Origin: Balanoglossus misakiensis
Taxonomy: Eukaryota; Animalia; Hemichordata
Reading direction: 5' to 3'
DNA length: 64,000 bases
Assembly: GCA_040954595.2 (NCBI GenBank)
Contig: CM082592.2
Coordinates: 682,001 to 746,000 of the forward strand
This document shows, in pieces, positions 24,262 through 39,200 of the stretch. The position numbers and the translations under genes are program-made. Positions within the stretch are counted from its first letter, which is position 1; the number at the start of each line of letters is the position of its first letter. The notes beneath the pieces are model-generated. The model searched no databases. It was not told the origin of the DNA and was given only the letters and a program-made list of their open reading frames with translations.

Positions 24262-27200
24262 CAATTTGGTCAAAATTGTAAATTTTTGAAAATTACAAAA
24301 ATACCTGTTTTCTACATTTTCGGAAATCTGATGGAGTATAGAATGCTCTTCGTATATATATATCGATACAAATTCCACAAAAAACGGCCAATTTGGCTCA
24401 CTGCAGATAAAATTGCGTTTTACCAAATTTTCCTTGAAAATGTCATTTTTAGAAAAAAAATAAAAAAACCTTTGTTCTTCGAATTTGGTGCCCTGATCAT
24501 ATATGACATGTTGATTGTATGTTAAAACTTTCGACCACTCCAAAAATGCAGAGATATTGACGGAATTCAAGAAAAAATAGCCATTTTGGCCATATTTTGA
24601 CAAAAATGGTAAATTTTTAAAAAATCATAAAAAAATAACTCTTTTCTTCATTTTCGGAAATATTATGGAGCATGATGTGTCGTTCTCTTGTAAAAAATGC
24701 TGCAAATTCCAGAAAAGGCGGTATAATTTGAATCACCCAAGACAAAATTACCATTTTCGACTTTTTTTCGAAAAATTGTCTTTTTTACAAAAAAATAAGA
24801 ATAAATTCTTTTCTTAGTTTCAAACGGGTAGAGATACTTTCCACACGGGTTTTCTAACATTGAATTCACGTTCATCAACTCAGATTTCCTACAGCATAAG
24901 TCGGCTAAAACCCTGACACTCTAGAGCAGAAACAGTTGCACACTGGTAACGTTGAACAAGTCGATTTTTCTACGGCCTGGCTCGGCTAAATCTCCGTCAC
25001 AATATGACAGACACTAGCGTACGTTAGCAACGGTGATCAAGTCAGATTTTCTACGGCATGGCTTGGATAAAGCCCGGCACTCTAGAGCAGAAACACGCGT
25101 ACAGAGACCACGTTGATCAAGTCTGATCTCTTACGGCTTGGCTCGACTAAAACCCCGGCACACTATGACAGACACTAGCGTTCGTTAGCAACGTTGATCA
25201 AGTCAGATTTCCTACGGCATGGCTTGGCTAAAGTCCTGGCACTCTAGAGCAGAAACACGCGTACAGAGACCACGTTGATCTACTCACATTTCCTTCGGCC
25301 TGGCACGGCTGATGCCCCGGCACTATATATAGGACACAGACTGGCGTAAGTTAACAACGGTAATCACGTCGGGTTTCCTACGGCCTGGCTCAGCTGAAGC
25401 CCCGGCACTCTAGAGCAGAAACAGGCGTACATTGACCACGTTGATCAAGTCAGATTTCCTACGGCGTGACTCGGCTGGTGCACCGGCTCTATATGACACA
25501 GACTGGCGTAAGTTATCAACAGTGATTACGTCGGATTTCCTACGGCCTGTTTAGCTGAAGCCCCGGCACTTTAGAGCGGAAACACGCGTACATTGACCAC
25601 GATGATCAAGTCAGATCTCCTACGGCCTGGCTCGACTAAAACCCCGGCACACCATGACAGACACTAGCGTTCGTTAGCAACGGTGATCAAGTCGGATTTC
25701 CTTCGGCCTGGCTCTGCAAAAGACCCGACACTCTAGTACAAAGACGTTGGCTAAGTCGGGCAAACCGAAGAGGGAAAGTCACAGCGGTTCAACACTTGAC
25801 ATTTGTTCGGGTAGGACTGCATTATTGCCTGTCAATTTATAGAGAAAGCCCGAAATTAACCAGGGCGTTTCAAACACCGACGTTAGTTGGGGGCACGGCC
25901 TGCAGTACTGCCGGGTAAGCTGACATCGGCGTACCGCATATAATGTAGGGGGGGGGGGGAACAGAACGGTTCAATACTACATTTATTAGATATCAACTAA
26001 TTTTGGACAATCATCTAAAATCTAAATCATTTTTTCATATTTGGATATCTGATGATGTATGAAATTTCCATTATATGTAAAAATGGTGCTGATTATAAAA
26101 AATGCATTCTGATTCAATACAAAATTGCGTTTTATTCGTTTTTGCACCAAAAAGGTCATTTTAGGCAAAACATTCTTTATTTTTTTAATTCGGTGACCTG
26201 ATCATATATAAACAATTGCTTGTATGTTAAAAGTTTTTATGACTTTTAAAAGCAGTGACACTGGCGGCATTCAACAGGAAAATAACAATTTTAGCCACAA
26301 TTTGGTCTAAATGGTAAATTTTTGAAAATTACAAAAAATACCTGTTTTCTACATTTTCGGAAATCTGATGGAGTATAGAATGCTCTTCGTATGTATATAT
26401 CGATACAAATTCCACAAAAGACCGTCTAATTTGGCTCACTGCAGACAAAATTGCGTTTTACCAAATTTTCCTTGAAAATGTCATTTTTAGAAAAAAAATA
26501 AAAAAAACCTTTGTTCTTCGAATTTGGTGCCCTGATCATATATGACATGTTGATTGTATGTTAAGACTTTCGACCACTCCAAAAATGCAGAGATATTGAC
26601 GGAATTCAAGAAAAAATAGCCATTTTGGCCATATTTTGACAAAAATGGTAAATTTTTAAAAAATCATAAAAAATTAACTCTTTTCTTATTTTTTCGGAAA
26701 TATTATGGAGCATGAAGTGTCGTTCTCTTGTAAAAAGTGCTGCAAATTCCAGAAAAGGCGGTATAATTTAAATCACCCAAGACAAAATTACCATTTTCGA
26801 CTTGTTTTCGAAAAATTGTCTTTTTTACAAAATAAATAAGAATAAATTCTTTTCTTAGTTTCAAACGGGTAGAGATACTTTCCACACGGGTTTTCTAACA
26901 TTGAATTCCCGTTCATCAACTCAGATTTCCTACAGCATAAGTCGGCTAAAACCCTGACACTCTAGAGCAGAAACAGTTGCACACTGGTAACGTTGAACAA
27001 GTCGATTTTTCTACGGCCTGGCTCCGCTAAATGTCCGTCACAATATGACAGACACTAGCGTACGTTAGCAACGGTGATCAAGTCAGATTTTCTACGGCAT
27101 GGCTTGGATAAAGCCCCGGCACTCTAGAGCAGAAACACGCGTACAGAGACCACGTTGATCAAGTCTGATCTCCTACGGCTTGGCTCGACTAAAACCCTGG

Positions 27201-30200
27201 CACACTATGACAGACACTAGCGTTCGTTAGCAACGTTGATCAAGTCAGATTTCCTACGGCATGGCTTGGCTAAAGCCCTGGCACTCTTGAGCAGAAACAC
27301 GCGTACAGAGACCACGTTGATCTACTCACATTTCCTTCGGCCTGGCACGGCTGATGCCCCGGCACTATATATAGGACACAGACTGGCGTAAGTTAACAAC
27401 GGTAATCACGTCGGGTTTCCTACGGCCTGGCTCAGCTGAAGCCCCGGCATTCTAGAGCAGAAACAGGCGTACATTGACCACGTTGATCAAGTCAGATTTC
27501 CTACGGCGTGACTCGGCTGGTGCACCGGCTCTATATGACACAGACTGGCGTAAGTTATCAACGGTGATTACGGCGGATGTCCTACGGCCTGGTTTAGCTG
27601 AAGCCCCGGCACTTTAGAGCGGAAACACGCGTACATTGACCACGATGATCAAGTCAGATCTCCTACGGCCTGGCCCGACTAAAACCCCGGCACACCATGA
27701 CAGACACTAGCGTTCGTTAGCAACGGTGATCAAGTCGGATTTCCTTCGGCCTGGCTCTGCAAAAGACCCGACACTCTAGTACAAAGACGTTGGCTAAGTC
27801 GGGCAAACCGAAGAGGGAAAGTCACAGCGGGTCAACACTCGACATTTGTTCCGGTAGGACTGCATTATTGCCTGTCAATTTATAGAGAAAGCCCGAATTT
27901 AACCAGGGCGTTTCAAACACCGACGTTAGTTGGGGGCACGGCCTGCAGTACTGCCGGGTAAGCTGACATCGGCGTACCGCATATAATGTAGGGGGGGGGG
28001 GGAACAGAACGGTTCAATACTACATTTATTAGATATCAGCTAATTTTGGACAATCATCTAAAATCTAAATCATTTTTTCATATTTGGATATCTGATGATG
28101 TATTAAATTTCCATTACATGTAAAAATGGTGCTGATTATAAAAAATGCATTCTGATTTAATACAAAATTGCGTTTTATTCGTTTTTGCACCAAAAAGGTC
28201 ATTTTTAGGCAAAACATTCTTTATTTTTTTAATTCGGTGAAGTGATCATATATAAACAATTGCTTGTATGTTAAAAGTTTTTATGACTTTTAAAAGCAGT
28301 GACACTGGCGGCATTCAACACGAAAATAACAATTTTAGCCACAATTTGGTCAAAATGATAAATTTTTGAAAATTACAAAAAAATACCTGTTTTCTACATT
28401 TTCGGAAATCTGATGGAGTATAGAATGCTCTTCGTATGTATATATCGACACAAATTCCACAAAAGACCGTCTAATTTGGCTCACTGCAGACAAAATTGCG
28501 TTTTACCAAATTTTCCTTGAAAATGTCATTTTTAGAAGAAAAAAAATAAAAAAACCTTTGTTCTTCGAATTTGGTGCCCTGATCATATATGACATGTTGA
28601 TTGTATGTTAAAACTTTCGACCACTCCAAAAATGCAGATATATTGACGGAATTCAAGAAAAAATAGCCATTTTGGCCATATTTTGACAAAAATGGTAAAT
28701 TTTTAAAAAATCATAAAAAAAATAACTCTTTTCTTCATTTTCCGAAATATTATGGAGCATGAAGTGTCGTTCTCTTGTAAGAAGTGCAGCAAATTCCAGA
28801 AAAGGCGGTATAATTTGAATCACCCAAGACAAAATTACCATTTTCGACTTTTTTCGAAAAATTGTCTTTTTTACAAAATAAATAAGAATAAATTCTTTTC
28901 TTAGTTTCAAACGGGTAGAGATACTTTCCACACGGGTTTTCTAACATTGAATTCCCATTCATCAACTCAGATTTCCTACAGCCTAAGTCGGCTAAAACCC
29001 TGACACTCTAGAGCAGAAACAGTTGCACACTGGTAACGTTGAACATGTCGATTTTTCTACGGCCTGGCTCTGCTAAATCACCGTCACAATATGACAGACA
29101 CTAGCGTACGTTAGCAACGGTGATCAAGTCAGATTTTCTACGGCATGGCTTGGATAAAGCCCCGGCACTCTAGAGCAGAAACACGCGTACAGAGACCACG
29201 TTGATCAAGTCTGATCTCCTACGGCTTGGCTCGACTAAAACCATGGCACACTATGACAGACACTAGCGTTCGTTAGCAACGTTGATCAAGTCAGATTTCC
29301 TACGGCATGGCTTGGCTAAAGCCCTGGCACTCTAGAGCAGAAACACGCGTACAGAGACCACGTTGATCTACTCACATTTCCTTCGGCCTGGCACGGCTGA
29401 TGCCCCGGCACTATATATAGGACACAGACTGGCGTAAGTTAACAACGGTAATCACGTCGGGTTTCCTACGGCCTGGCTCAGCTGAAGCCCCGGCACTCTA
29501 GAGCAGAAACAGGCGTACATTGACCACGTTGATCAGGTCAGATTTCCTACGGCGTGACTCGGCTGGTGCACCGGCTCTATATGACACAGACTGGCGCAAG
29601 TTATCAACGGTGATTACGTCGGATTTCCTACGGCCTGGTTTAGCTGAAGCCCCGGCACTTTAGAGCGGAAACACGCGTACATTGACCACGATGATCAAGT
29701 CAGATCTCCTACGGCCTGGCTCGACTAAAACCCCGGCACATCATGACAGACACTAGCGTTCGTTAGCAACGGTGATCAAGTCGGATTTCCTTCGGCCTGG
29801 CTCTGCAAAAGACCCGACACTCTAGTACAAAGACGTTGGCTAAGTCGGGCAAACCGAACAGGGAAAGTCACAGCGGTTCAACACTTGACATTTGTTTCGG
29901 TAGGACTGCATTATTGCCTGTCAATTTATAGAGAAAGCCCGAATTTAACCAGGGCGTTTCAAACACCGACGTTAGTTGGGGGCACGGCCTGCAGTACTGC
30001 CGGGTAAGCTGACATCGGCGTACCGCATATAATGTAGGGGGGGGGGGTGAACAGAACGGTTCAATACTACATTTATTAGATATCAGCTAATTTTGGACAA
30101 TCATCTAAAATCTAAATCATTTTTTCATATTTGGATATCTGATGATGTATGAAATTTCCATTATATGTAAAAATGGTGCTGATTATAAAAAATGCACTCA

Positions 30201-33200
30201 GATTTAATACAAAATTGCGTTTTATTCGTTTTTGCACCAAAAAGGTCATTTTTAGGCAAAACATTCTTTATTTTTTTAATTCGGTGACCTGATCATATAT
30301 AAACAATTGCTTGTATGTTAAAAGTTTTTATGACTTTTAAAAGCAGTGACACTGGCGGCATTCAACACGAAAATAACAATTTTAGCCACAATTTGGTCAA
30401 AATGGTAAATTTTTGAAAATTACAAAAATACCTGTTTTCTACATTTTCGGAAATCTGATGGAGTATAGAATGCTCTTCGTATATATATATATCGATACAA
30501 ATTCCACAAAAAACGGCCAATTTGGCTCACTGCAGACAAAATTGCGTTTTACCAAATTTTCCTTGAAAATGTCATTTTTAGAAAAAAAAATAAAAAAACC
30601 TTTGTTCTTCGAATTTGGTGCCCTGATCATATATGACATGTTGATTATATGTTAGAACTTTAGACCACTCCAAAAATGCAGAGATATTGACGGAATTCAA
30701 GAAAAAATAGCCATTTTGGCCATATTTTGACAAAAATGGTAAATTTTTAAAATATCATAAAAAATTAACTCTTTTCTTCATTTTCGGAAATATAATGGAG
30801 CATGAAGTGTCGTTCTCTTGTAAAAAGTGCTGCAAATTCCAGAAAAGGCGGTATAATTTGAATCACCCAAGACAAAATTACCATTTTCGCCTTTTTTTCG
30901 AAAAATTGTCTTTTTTACAAAATAAATAAGAATAAATTCTTTTCTTAGTTTCAAACGGGTAGAGATACTTTCCACACGGGTTTTCTAACATTGAATTCCC
31001 ATTCATCAACTCAGATTTCCTACAGCATAAGTCGGCTAAAACCCTGACACTCTAGAGCAGAAACAGTTGCACACTGGTAACGTTGAACATGTCGATTTTT
31101 CTACGGCCTGGCTCTGCTAAATCTCCGTCACAATATGACAGACACTAGCGTACGTTAGCAACGGTGATCAAGTCAGATTTTCTACGGCATGGCTTGGATA
31201 AAGCCCCGGCACTCTAGAGCAGAAACACGCGTACAGAGACCACGTTAATCAAGTCTGATCTCCTACGGCTTGGCTCGACTAAAACCCTGGCACACTATGA
31301 CAGACACTAGCGTTCGTTAGCAACGTTGATCAAGTCAGATTTCCTACGGCATGGCTTGGCTAAAGCCCTGGCACTCTAGAGCAGAAACACGCGTACAGAG
31401 ACCACGTTGATCTACTCACATTTCCTTCGGCCTGGCACGGCTGATGCCCCGGCACTATATATAGGACACAGACTGGCGTAAGTTAACAACGGTAATCACG
31501 TCGGGTTTCCTACGGCCTGGCTCAGCTGAAGCCCCGGCACTCTAGAGCAGAAACAGGCGTACATTGACCACGTTGATCAAGTCAGATTTCCTACGGCGTG
31601 ACTCGGCTGGTGCACCGGCTCTATATGACACAGACTGGCGTAAGTTATCAACGGTGATTACGTCGGATTTCCTACGGCCTGGTTTAGCTGAAGCCCCGGC
31701 ACTTTAGAGCGGAAACACGCGTACATTGACCACGATGATCAAGTCAGATCTCCTACGGCCTGGCTCGACTAAAACCCCGGCACACCATGACAGACACTAG
31801 CGTTCGTTAGCAACGGTGATCAAGTCGGATTTCCTTCGGCCTGGCTCTGCAAAAGACCCGACACTCTAGTACAAAGACGTTGGCTAAGTCGGGCAAACCG
31901 AAGAGGGAAAGTCACAGCGGGTCAAAACTCGACATTTGTTCCGGTAGGACTGCATTATTGCCTGTCAATTTATAGAGAAAGCCCGAATTTAACCAGGGCG
32001 TTTCAAACACCGACGTTAGTTGGGGGCACGGCCTGCAGTACTGCCGGGTAAGCTGACATCGGCGTACCGCATATAATGTAGGGGGGGGGGGACAGAACGG
32101 TTCAATACTACATTTATTAGATATCAGCTAATTTTGGACAATCATCTAAAATCTAAATCATTTTTTCATATTTGGATATCTGATGATGTATGAAATTTCC
32201 ATTACATGTAAAAATGGTGCTGATTATAAAAAATGCATTCTGATTTAATACAAAATTGCGTTTTATTCGTTTTTACACCAAAAAGGTCATTTTTAGGCAA
32301 AACATTCTTTATTTTTTTAATTCGGTGACCTGATCATATATAAACAATTGCTTGTATGTTAAAAGTTTTATGACTTTTAAAAGCAGTGACACTGGCGGCA
32401 TTCAACACGAAAATAACAATTTTAGCCACAATTTGGTCAAAATGGTAAATTTTTGAAAATTACAAAAAAATACCTGTTTTCTACATTTTCGGAAATCTGA
32501 TGGAGTATAGAATGCTCTTCGTATGTATATATCGATACAAATTCCACAAAAGACCGTCTAATTTGGCTCACTGTAGACAAAATGCGTTTTACCAAATTTT
32601 CCTTGAAAATGTCATTTTTAGAAGAAAAAAAAATAAAAAAACCTTTGTTCTTCGAATTTGGTGCCCTGATCATATATGACATGTTGATTGTATGTTAAAA
32701 CTTTCGACCACTCCAAAAATGCAGATATATTGACGGAATTCAAGAAAAAATAGCCATTTTGGCCATATTTTGACAAAAATGGTAAATTTTTAAAAAATCA
32801 TAAAAAATTAACTCTTTTCTTCATTTTCGGAAATATTATGGAGCATGAAGTGTCGTTCTCTTGTAAAAAGTGCTGCAAATTCCAGAAAATGTGGTATAAT
32901 TTGAATCACCCAAGACAAAATTACCATTTTCGACTTGTTTTCGAAAAATTGTCTTTTTTACAAAATAAATAAGAATAAATTCTTTTCTTAGTTTCAAACG
33001 GGTAGAGATACTTTCCACACGGGTTTTCTAACATTGAATTCCCGTTCATCAACTCAGATTTCCTACAGCATAAGTCGGCTAAAACCCTGACACTCTAGAG
33101 CAGAAACAGTTGCACACTGATAACGTTGAACAAGTCGATTTTTCTACGGCCTGGCACGGCTAAATCTCGTCACAATATGACAGACACTAGCGTACGTTAG

Positions 33201-36200
33201 CAACGGTGATCAAGTCAGATTTTCAACGGCATGGGTTGGATAAAGCCCCGGCACTCTAGAGCAGAAACACGCGTACAGAGACCACGTTGATCAAGTCTGA
33301 TCTCCTACGGCTTGGCTCGACTAAAACCCCGGCACACTATGACAGACACTAGCGTTCGTTAGCAACGTTGATCAAGTCAGATTTCCTACGGCATGGCTTT
33401 GCTAAAGCCCTGACACTCTAGAGCAGAAACACGCGTACAGAGACCACGTTGATCTACTCACATTTCCTTCGGCCTGGCACGGCTGATGCCCCGGCACTAT
33501 ATATAGGACACAGACTGGCGTAAGTTAACAACGGTAATCACGTCGGGTTTCCTACGGCCTGGCTCAGCTGAAGCCCCGGCACTCTAGAGCAGAAACAGGC
33601 GTACATTGACCACGTTGATCAAGTCAGATTTCCTACGGCGTGACTCGGCTGGTGCACCGGCTCTATATGACACAGACTGGCGTAAGTTATCAACGGTGAT
33701 TACGTCGGATTTCCTACGGCCTGGTTTAGCTGAAGCCCCGGCACTTTAGAGCGGAAACACGCGTACATTGACCACGATGATCAAGTCAGATCTCTTACGG
33801 CCTGGCTCGACTAAAACCCCGGCACACCATGACAGACACTAGCGTTCGTTAGCAACGGTGATCAAGTCGGATTTCCTTCGGCCTGGCTCTGCAAAAGACC
33901 CGACACTCTAGTACAAAGACGTTGGCTAAGTCGGGCAAACCGAAGAGGGAAAGTCACAGCGGTTTAACACTTGACATTTGTTCGGGTAGGACTGCATTAT
34001 TGCCTGTCAATTTATAGAGAAAGCCCGAATTTAACCAGGGCGTTTCAAACACCAACGTTAGTTGGGGGCACGGCCTGCAGTACTGCCGGGTAAGCTGACA
34101 TCGGCGTACCGCATATAATGTGGGGGGGGGGGGGGGGACAGAACGGTTCAATACTACATTTATTAGATATCAGCTAATTTTGGACAATCATCTAAAATCT
34201 AAATCATTTTTTTATATTTGGATATCTGATGATGTATGAAATTTCCATTACATGTAAAAATGGTGCTGATTATAAAAAATGCATTCTGATTTAATACAAA
34301 ATTGCGTTTTATTCGTTTTTGCACCAAAAAGGTCATTTTTAGGCAAAACATTCTTTATTTTTTTAATTCGGTGACCTGATCATATATAAACAATTGCTTG
34401 TATGTTAAAAGTTTTTATGACTTTTAAAAGCAGTGACACTGGCGGCATTCAACACGAAAATAACAATTTTAGCCACAATTTGGTCAAAATGGTAAATTTT
34501 TGAAAATTACAAAACAATACCTGTTTTCTACATTTTCGGAAATCTGATGGAGTATAGAATGCTCTTCGTATGTATATATCGATACAAATTCCAAAAAAAA
34601 GACCGTCTAATTTGGCTCACTGCAGACAAAATTGCGTTTTACCAAATTTTCCTTGAAAATGTCATTTTTAGAAGAAAAAAAAATAAAAAAACCTTTGTTC
34701 TTCGAATTTGGTGCCCTGATCATATATGACATGTTGATTATATGTTAAAACTTTCGACCACTCCAAAAATGCAGATATATTGACGGAATTCAAGAAAAAA
34801 TAGCCATTTTGGCCATATTTTGACAAAAATGGTAAATTTTTAAAAAATCATAAAAAAATAACTCTTTTCTTCATTTTCCGAAATATTATGGAGCATGAAG
34901 TGTCGTTCTTTTGTAAGAAGTGCAGCAAATTCCAGAAAAGGCGGTATAATTTGAATCACCCAAGACAAAATTACCATTTTCGACTTTTTTTTCGAAAAAT
35001 TGTCTTTTTTACAAAATAAATAAGAATAAATTCTTTTCTTAGTTTCAAACGGGTAGAGATACTTTCCACAAGGGTTTTCTAACATTGAATTCCCGTTCAT
35101 CAACTCAGATTTCCTACAGCATAAGTCGGCTAAAACCCTGACACTCTAGAGCAGAAACAGTTGCACACTGGTAACGTTGAACAAGTCGATTTTTCTATGG
35201 CCTGGCTCGGCTAAATCTACGTCACAATATGACAGACACTAGCGTACGTTAGCAACGGTGATCAAGTCAGATTTTCTACGGCATGGCTTGGATAAAGCCC
35301 CGGCACTCTAGAGCAGAAACACGCGTACAGAGACCACGTTGATCTACTCACATTTCCGTCGGCCTGGCACGGCTGATGCCCCGGCACTATATATAGGACA
35401 CAGACTGGCGTAAGTTAACAACGGTAATCACGTCGGGTTTCCTACGGCCTGGCTCAGCTGAAGCCCCGGCATTCTAGAGCAGAAACAGGCGTACATTGAC
35501 CACGTTGATCAAGTCAGATTTCCTACGGCGTGACTCGGCTGGTGCACCGGCTCTATATGACACAGACTGGTGTAAGTTATCAACGGTGATTACGGCGGAT
35601 GTCCTACGGCCTGGTTTAGCTGAAGCCCCGGCACTTTAGAGCGGAAACACGCGTACATTGACCACGATGATCAAGTCAGATCTCCTACGGCCTGGCCCGA
35701 CTAAAACCCCGGCACACCATGACAGACACTAGCGTTCGTTAGCATCGGTGATCAAGTCGGATTTCCTTCGGCCTGGCTCTGCAAAAGACCCGACACTCTA
35801 GTACAAAGACGTTGGCTAAGTCGGGCACACCGAAGAGGGAAAGTCACAGCGGGTCAACACTCGACATTTGTTCCGGTAGGACTGCATTATTGCCTGTCAA
35901 TTTATAGAGAAAGCCCGAATTTAACCAGGGCGTTTCAAACACCGACGTTAGTTGGGGGCACGGCCTGCAGTACTGCCGGGTAAGCTGACATCGGCGTACC
36001 GCATATAATGTAGGGGGGGGGGACAGAACGGTTCAATACTACATTTATTAGATATCAGCTAATTTTGGACAATCATCTAAAATCTAAATCATTTTTTAAT
36101 ATTTGGATATCTGATGATGTATTAAATTTCCATTACATGTAAAAATGGTGCTGATTATAAAAAATGCACTCTGAATGAGCTGATTTTTAGTCAAAACATT

Positions 36201-39200
36201 CTTTATTTTATTAATTCGGTGACCTGATCATATATAAACAATTGCTTGTATGTTAAAAGTTTTTATGACTTTTAAAAGCAGTGACACTGGCGGCATTCAA
36301 CACGAAAATAACAATTTTAGCCACAATTTGGTCAAAATGGTAAATTTTTGAAAATTACAAAAAATACCTGTTTTCTACATTTTCGGAAATCTGATGGAGT
36401 ATAGAATGCACTTCGTATGTATATATCGATACAAATTCCACAAAAGACCGTCTAATTTGGCTCACTGCAGACAAAATTGCGTTTTACCAAATTTTCCTTG
36501 AAAATGTCATTTTTAGAAAAAAAAAATAAAAAAACCTTTGTCCTTCGAATTTGGTGCCCTGATCATATATGACATGTTGATTGTATGTTAAAACTTTCGA
36601 CCACTCCAAAAATGCAGAGATATTGACGGAATTCAAGAAAAAATAGCCATTTTGGCCATATTTTGACAAAAATGGTAAATTTTTAAAAAATCATAAAAAA
36701 TTAACTCTTTTCTTCATTTTCGGAAATATTATGGAGCATGAAGTGTCGTTCTCTTGCAAAAAGTGCTGCAAATTCCAGAAAAGGCGGTATAATTTGAATC
36801 ACCCAAGACAAAATTACCATTTTCAACTTTTTTTCGAAAAATTTTCTTTTTTACAAAATAAATAAGAATAAATTCTTTTCTTAGTTTCAAACGGGTAGAG
36901 ATACTTTCCACACGGGTTTTCTAACATCGAATTCCCGTTCATCAACTCAGATTTCCTACAGCATAAGTCGGCTAAAACCCTGACACTCTAGAGCAGAAAC
37001 AGTTGCACACTGGTAACGTTGAACAAGTCGATTTTTCTACGGCCTGGCTCGGCTAAATCTCCGTCACAATATGACAGACACTAGCGTACGTTAGCAACGG
37101 TGATCAAGTCAGATTTTCTACGGCATGGCTTAGATAAAGCCCCGGCACTCTAGAGCAGAAACACGCGTACAGAGACCACGTTGATCAAGTCTGATCTCCT
37201 ACGGCTTGGCTCGACTAAAACCCCGGCACACTATGACAGACACTAGCGTTCGTTAGCAACGTTGATCAAGTCAGATTTCCTACGGCATGGCTTGGCTAAA
37301 GCCCTGGCACTCTAGAGCAGAAACACGCGTACAGAGACCACGTTGATCTACTCACATTTCCTTCGGCCTGGCACGGCTGATGCCCCGGCACTATATATAG
37401 GACACAGACTGGCGTAAGTTAACAACGGTAATCACGTCGGGTTTCCTACGGCCTGGCTCAGCTGAAGCCCCGGCACTCTAGAGCAGAAACAGGCGTACAT
37501 TGACCACGTTGATCAAGTCAGATTTCCTACGGCGTGACTCGGCTGGTGCACCGGCTCTATATGACACAGACTGGCGCAAGTTATCAACGGTGATTACGTC
37601 GGATTTCCTACGGCCTGGTTTAGCTGAAGCCCCGGCACTTTAGAGCGGAAACACGCGTACATTGACCACGATGATCAAGTCAGATCTCCTACGGCCTGGC
37701 TCGACTAAAACCCCGGCACACCATGACAGACACTAGCGTTCGTTAGCAACGGTGATCAAGTCGGATTTCCTTCGGCCTGGCTCTGCAAAAGACCCGACAC
37801 TCTAGTACAAAGACGTTGGCTAAGTCGGGCAAACCGAACAGGGAAAGTCACAGCGGTTCAACACTTGACATTTGTTTCGGTAGGACTGCATTATTGCCTG
37901 TCAATTTATAGAGAAAGCCCGAATTTAACCAGGGCGTTTCAAACACCGACGTTAGTTGGGGGCACGGCCTGCAGTACTGCCGGGTAAGCTGACATCGGCG
38001 TACCGCATATAATGTAGGGGGGGGGGGGGGTGAACAGAACGGTTCAATACTACATTTATTAGATATCAGCTAATTTTGGACAATCATCTAAAATCTAAAT
38101 CATTTTTTCATATTTGGATATCTGATGATGTATGAAATTTCCATTATATGTAAAAATGGTGCTGATTATAAAAAATGCACTCAGATTTAATACAAAATTG
38201 CGTTTTATTCGTTTTTGCACCAAAAAGGTCATTTTTAGGCAAAACATTCTTTATTTTTTTAATTCGGTGACCTGATCATATATAAACAATTGCTTGTATG
38301 TTAAAAGTTTTTATGACTTTTAAAAGCAGTGACACTGGCGGCATTCAACACGAAAATAACAATTTTAGCCACAATTTGGTCAAAATGGTAAATTTTTGAA
38401 AATTACAAAAATACCTGTTTTCTACATTTTCGGAAATCTGATGGAGTATAGAATGCTCTTCGTATATATATATATCGATACAAATTCCACAAAAAACGGC
38501 CAATTTGGCTCACTGCAGACAAAATTGCGTTTTACCAAATTTTCCTTGAAAATGTCATTTTTAGAAAAAAAAATAAAAAAACCTTTGTTCTTCGAATTTG
38601 GTGCCCTGATCATATATGACATGTTGATTATATGTTAGAACTTTAGACCACTCCAAAAATGCAGAGATATTGACGGAATTCAAGAAAAAATAGCCATTTT
38701 GGCCATATTTTGACAAAAATGGTAAATTTTTAAAATATCATAAAAAATTAACTCTTTTCTTCATTTTCGGAAATATAATGGAGCATGAAGTGTCGTTCTC
38801 TTGTAAAAAGTGCTGCAAATTCCAGAAAAGGCGGTATAATTTGAATCACCCAAGACAAAATTACCATTTTCGCCTTTTTTTCGAAAAATTGTCTTTTTTA
38901 CAAAATAAATAAGAATAAATTCTTTTCTTAGTTTCAAACGGGTAGAGATACTTTCCACACGGGTTTTCTAACATTGAATTCCCATTCATCAACTCAGATT
39001 TCCTACAGCATAAGTCGGCTAAAACCCTGACACTCTAGAGCAGAAACAGTTGCACACTGGTAACGTTGAACATGTCGATTTTTCTACGGCCTGGCTCTGC
39101 TAAATCTCCGTCACAATATGACAGACACTAGCGTACGTTAGCAACGGTGATCAAGTCAGATTTTCTACGGCATGGCTTGGATAAAGCCCCGGCACTCTAG

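Noticed and set aside
23868-24603. 123-aa and 157-aa ORFs over the second LTR and satellite junction
   Set aside because: Chance frames across non-coding LTR and satellite sequence with no motifs.
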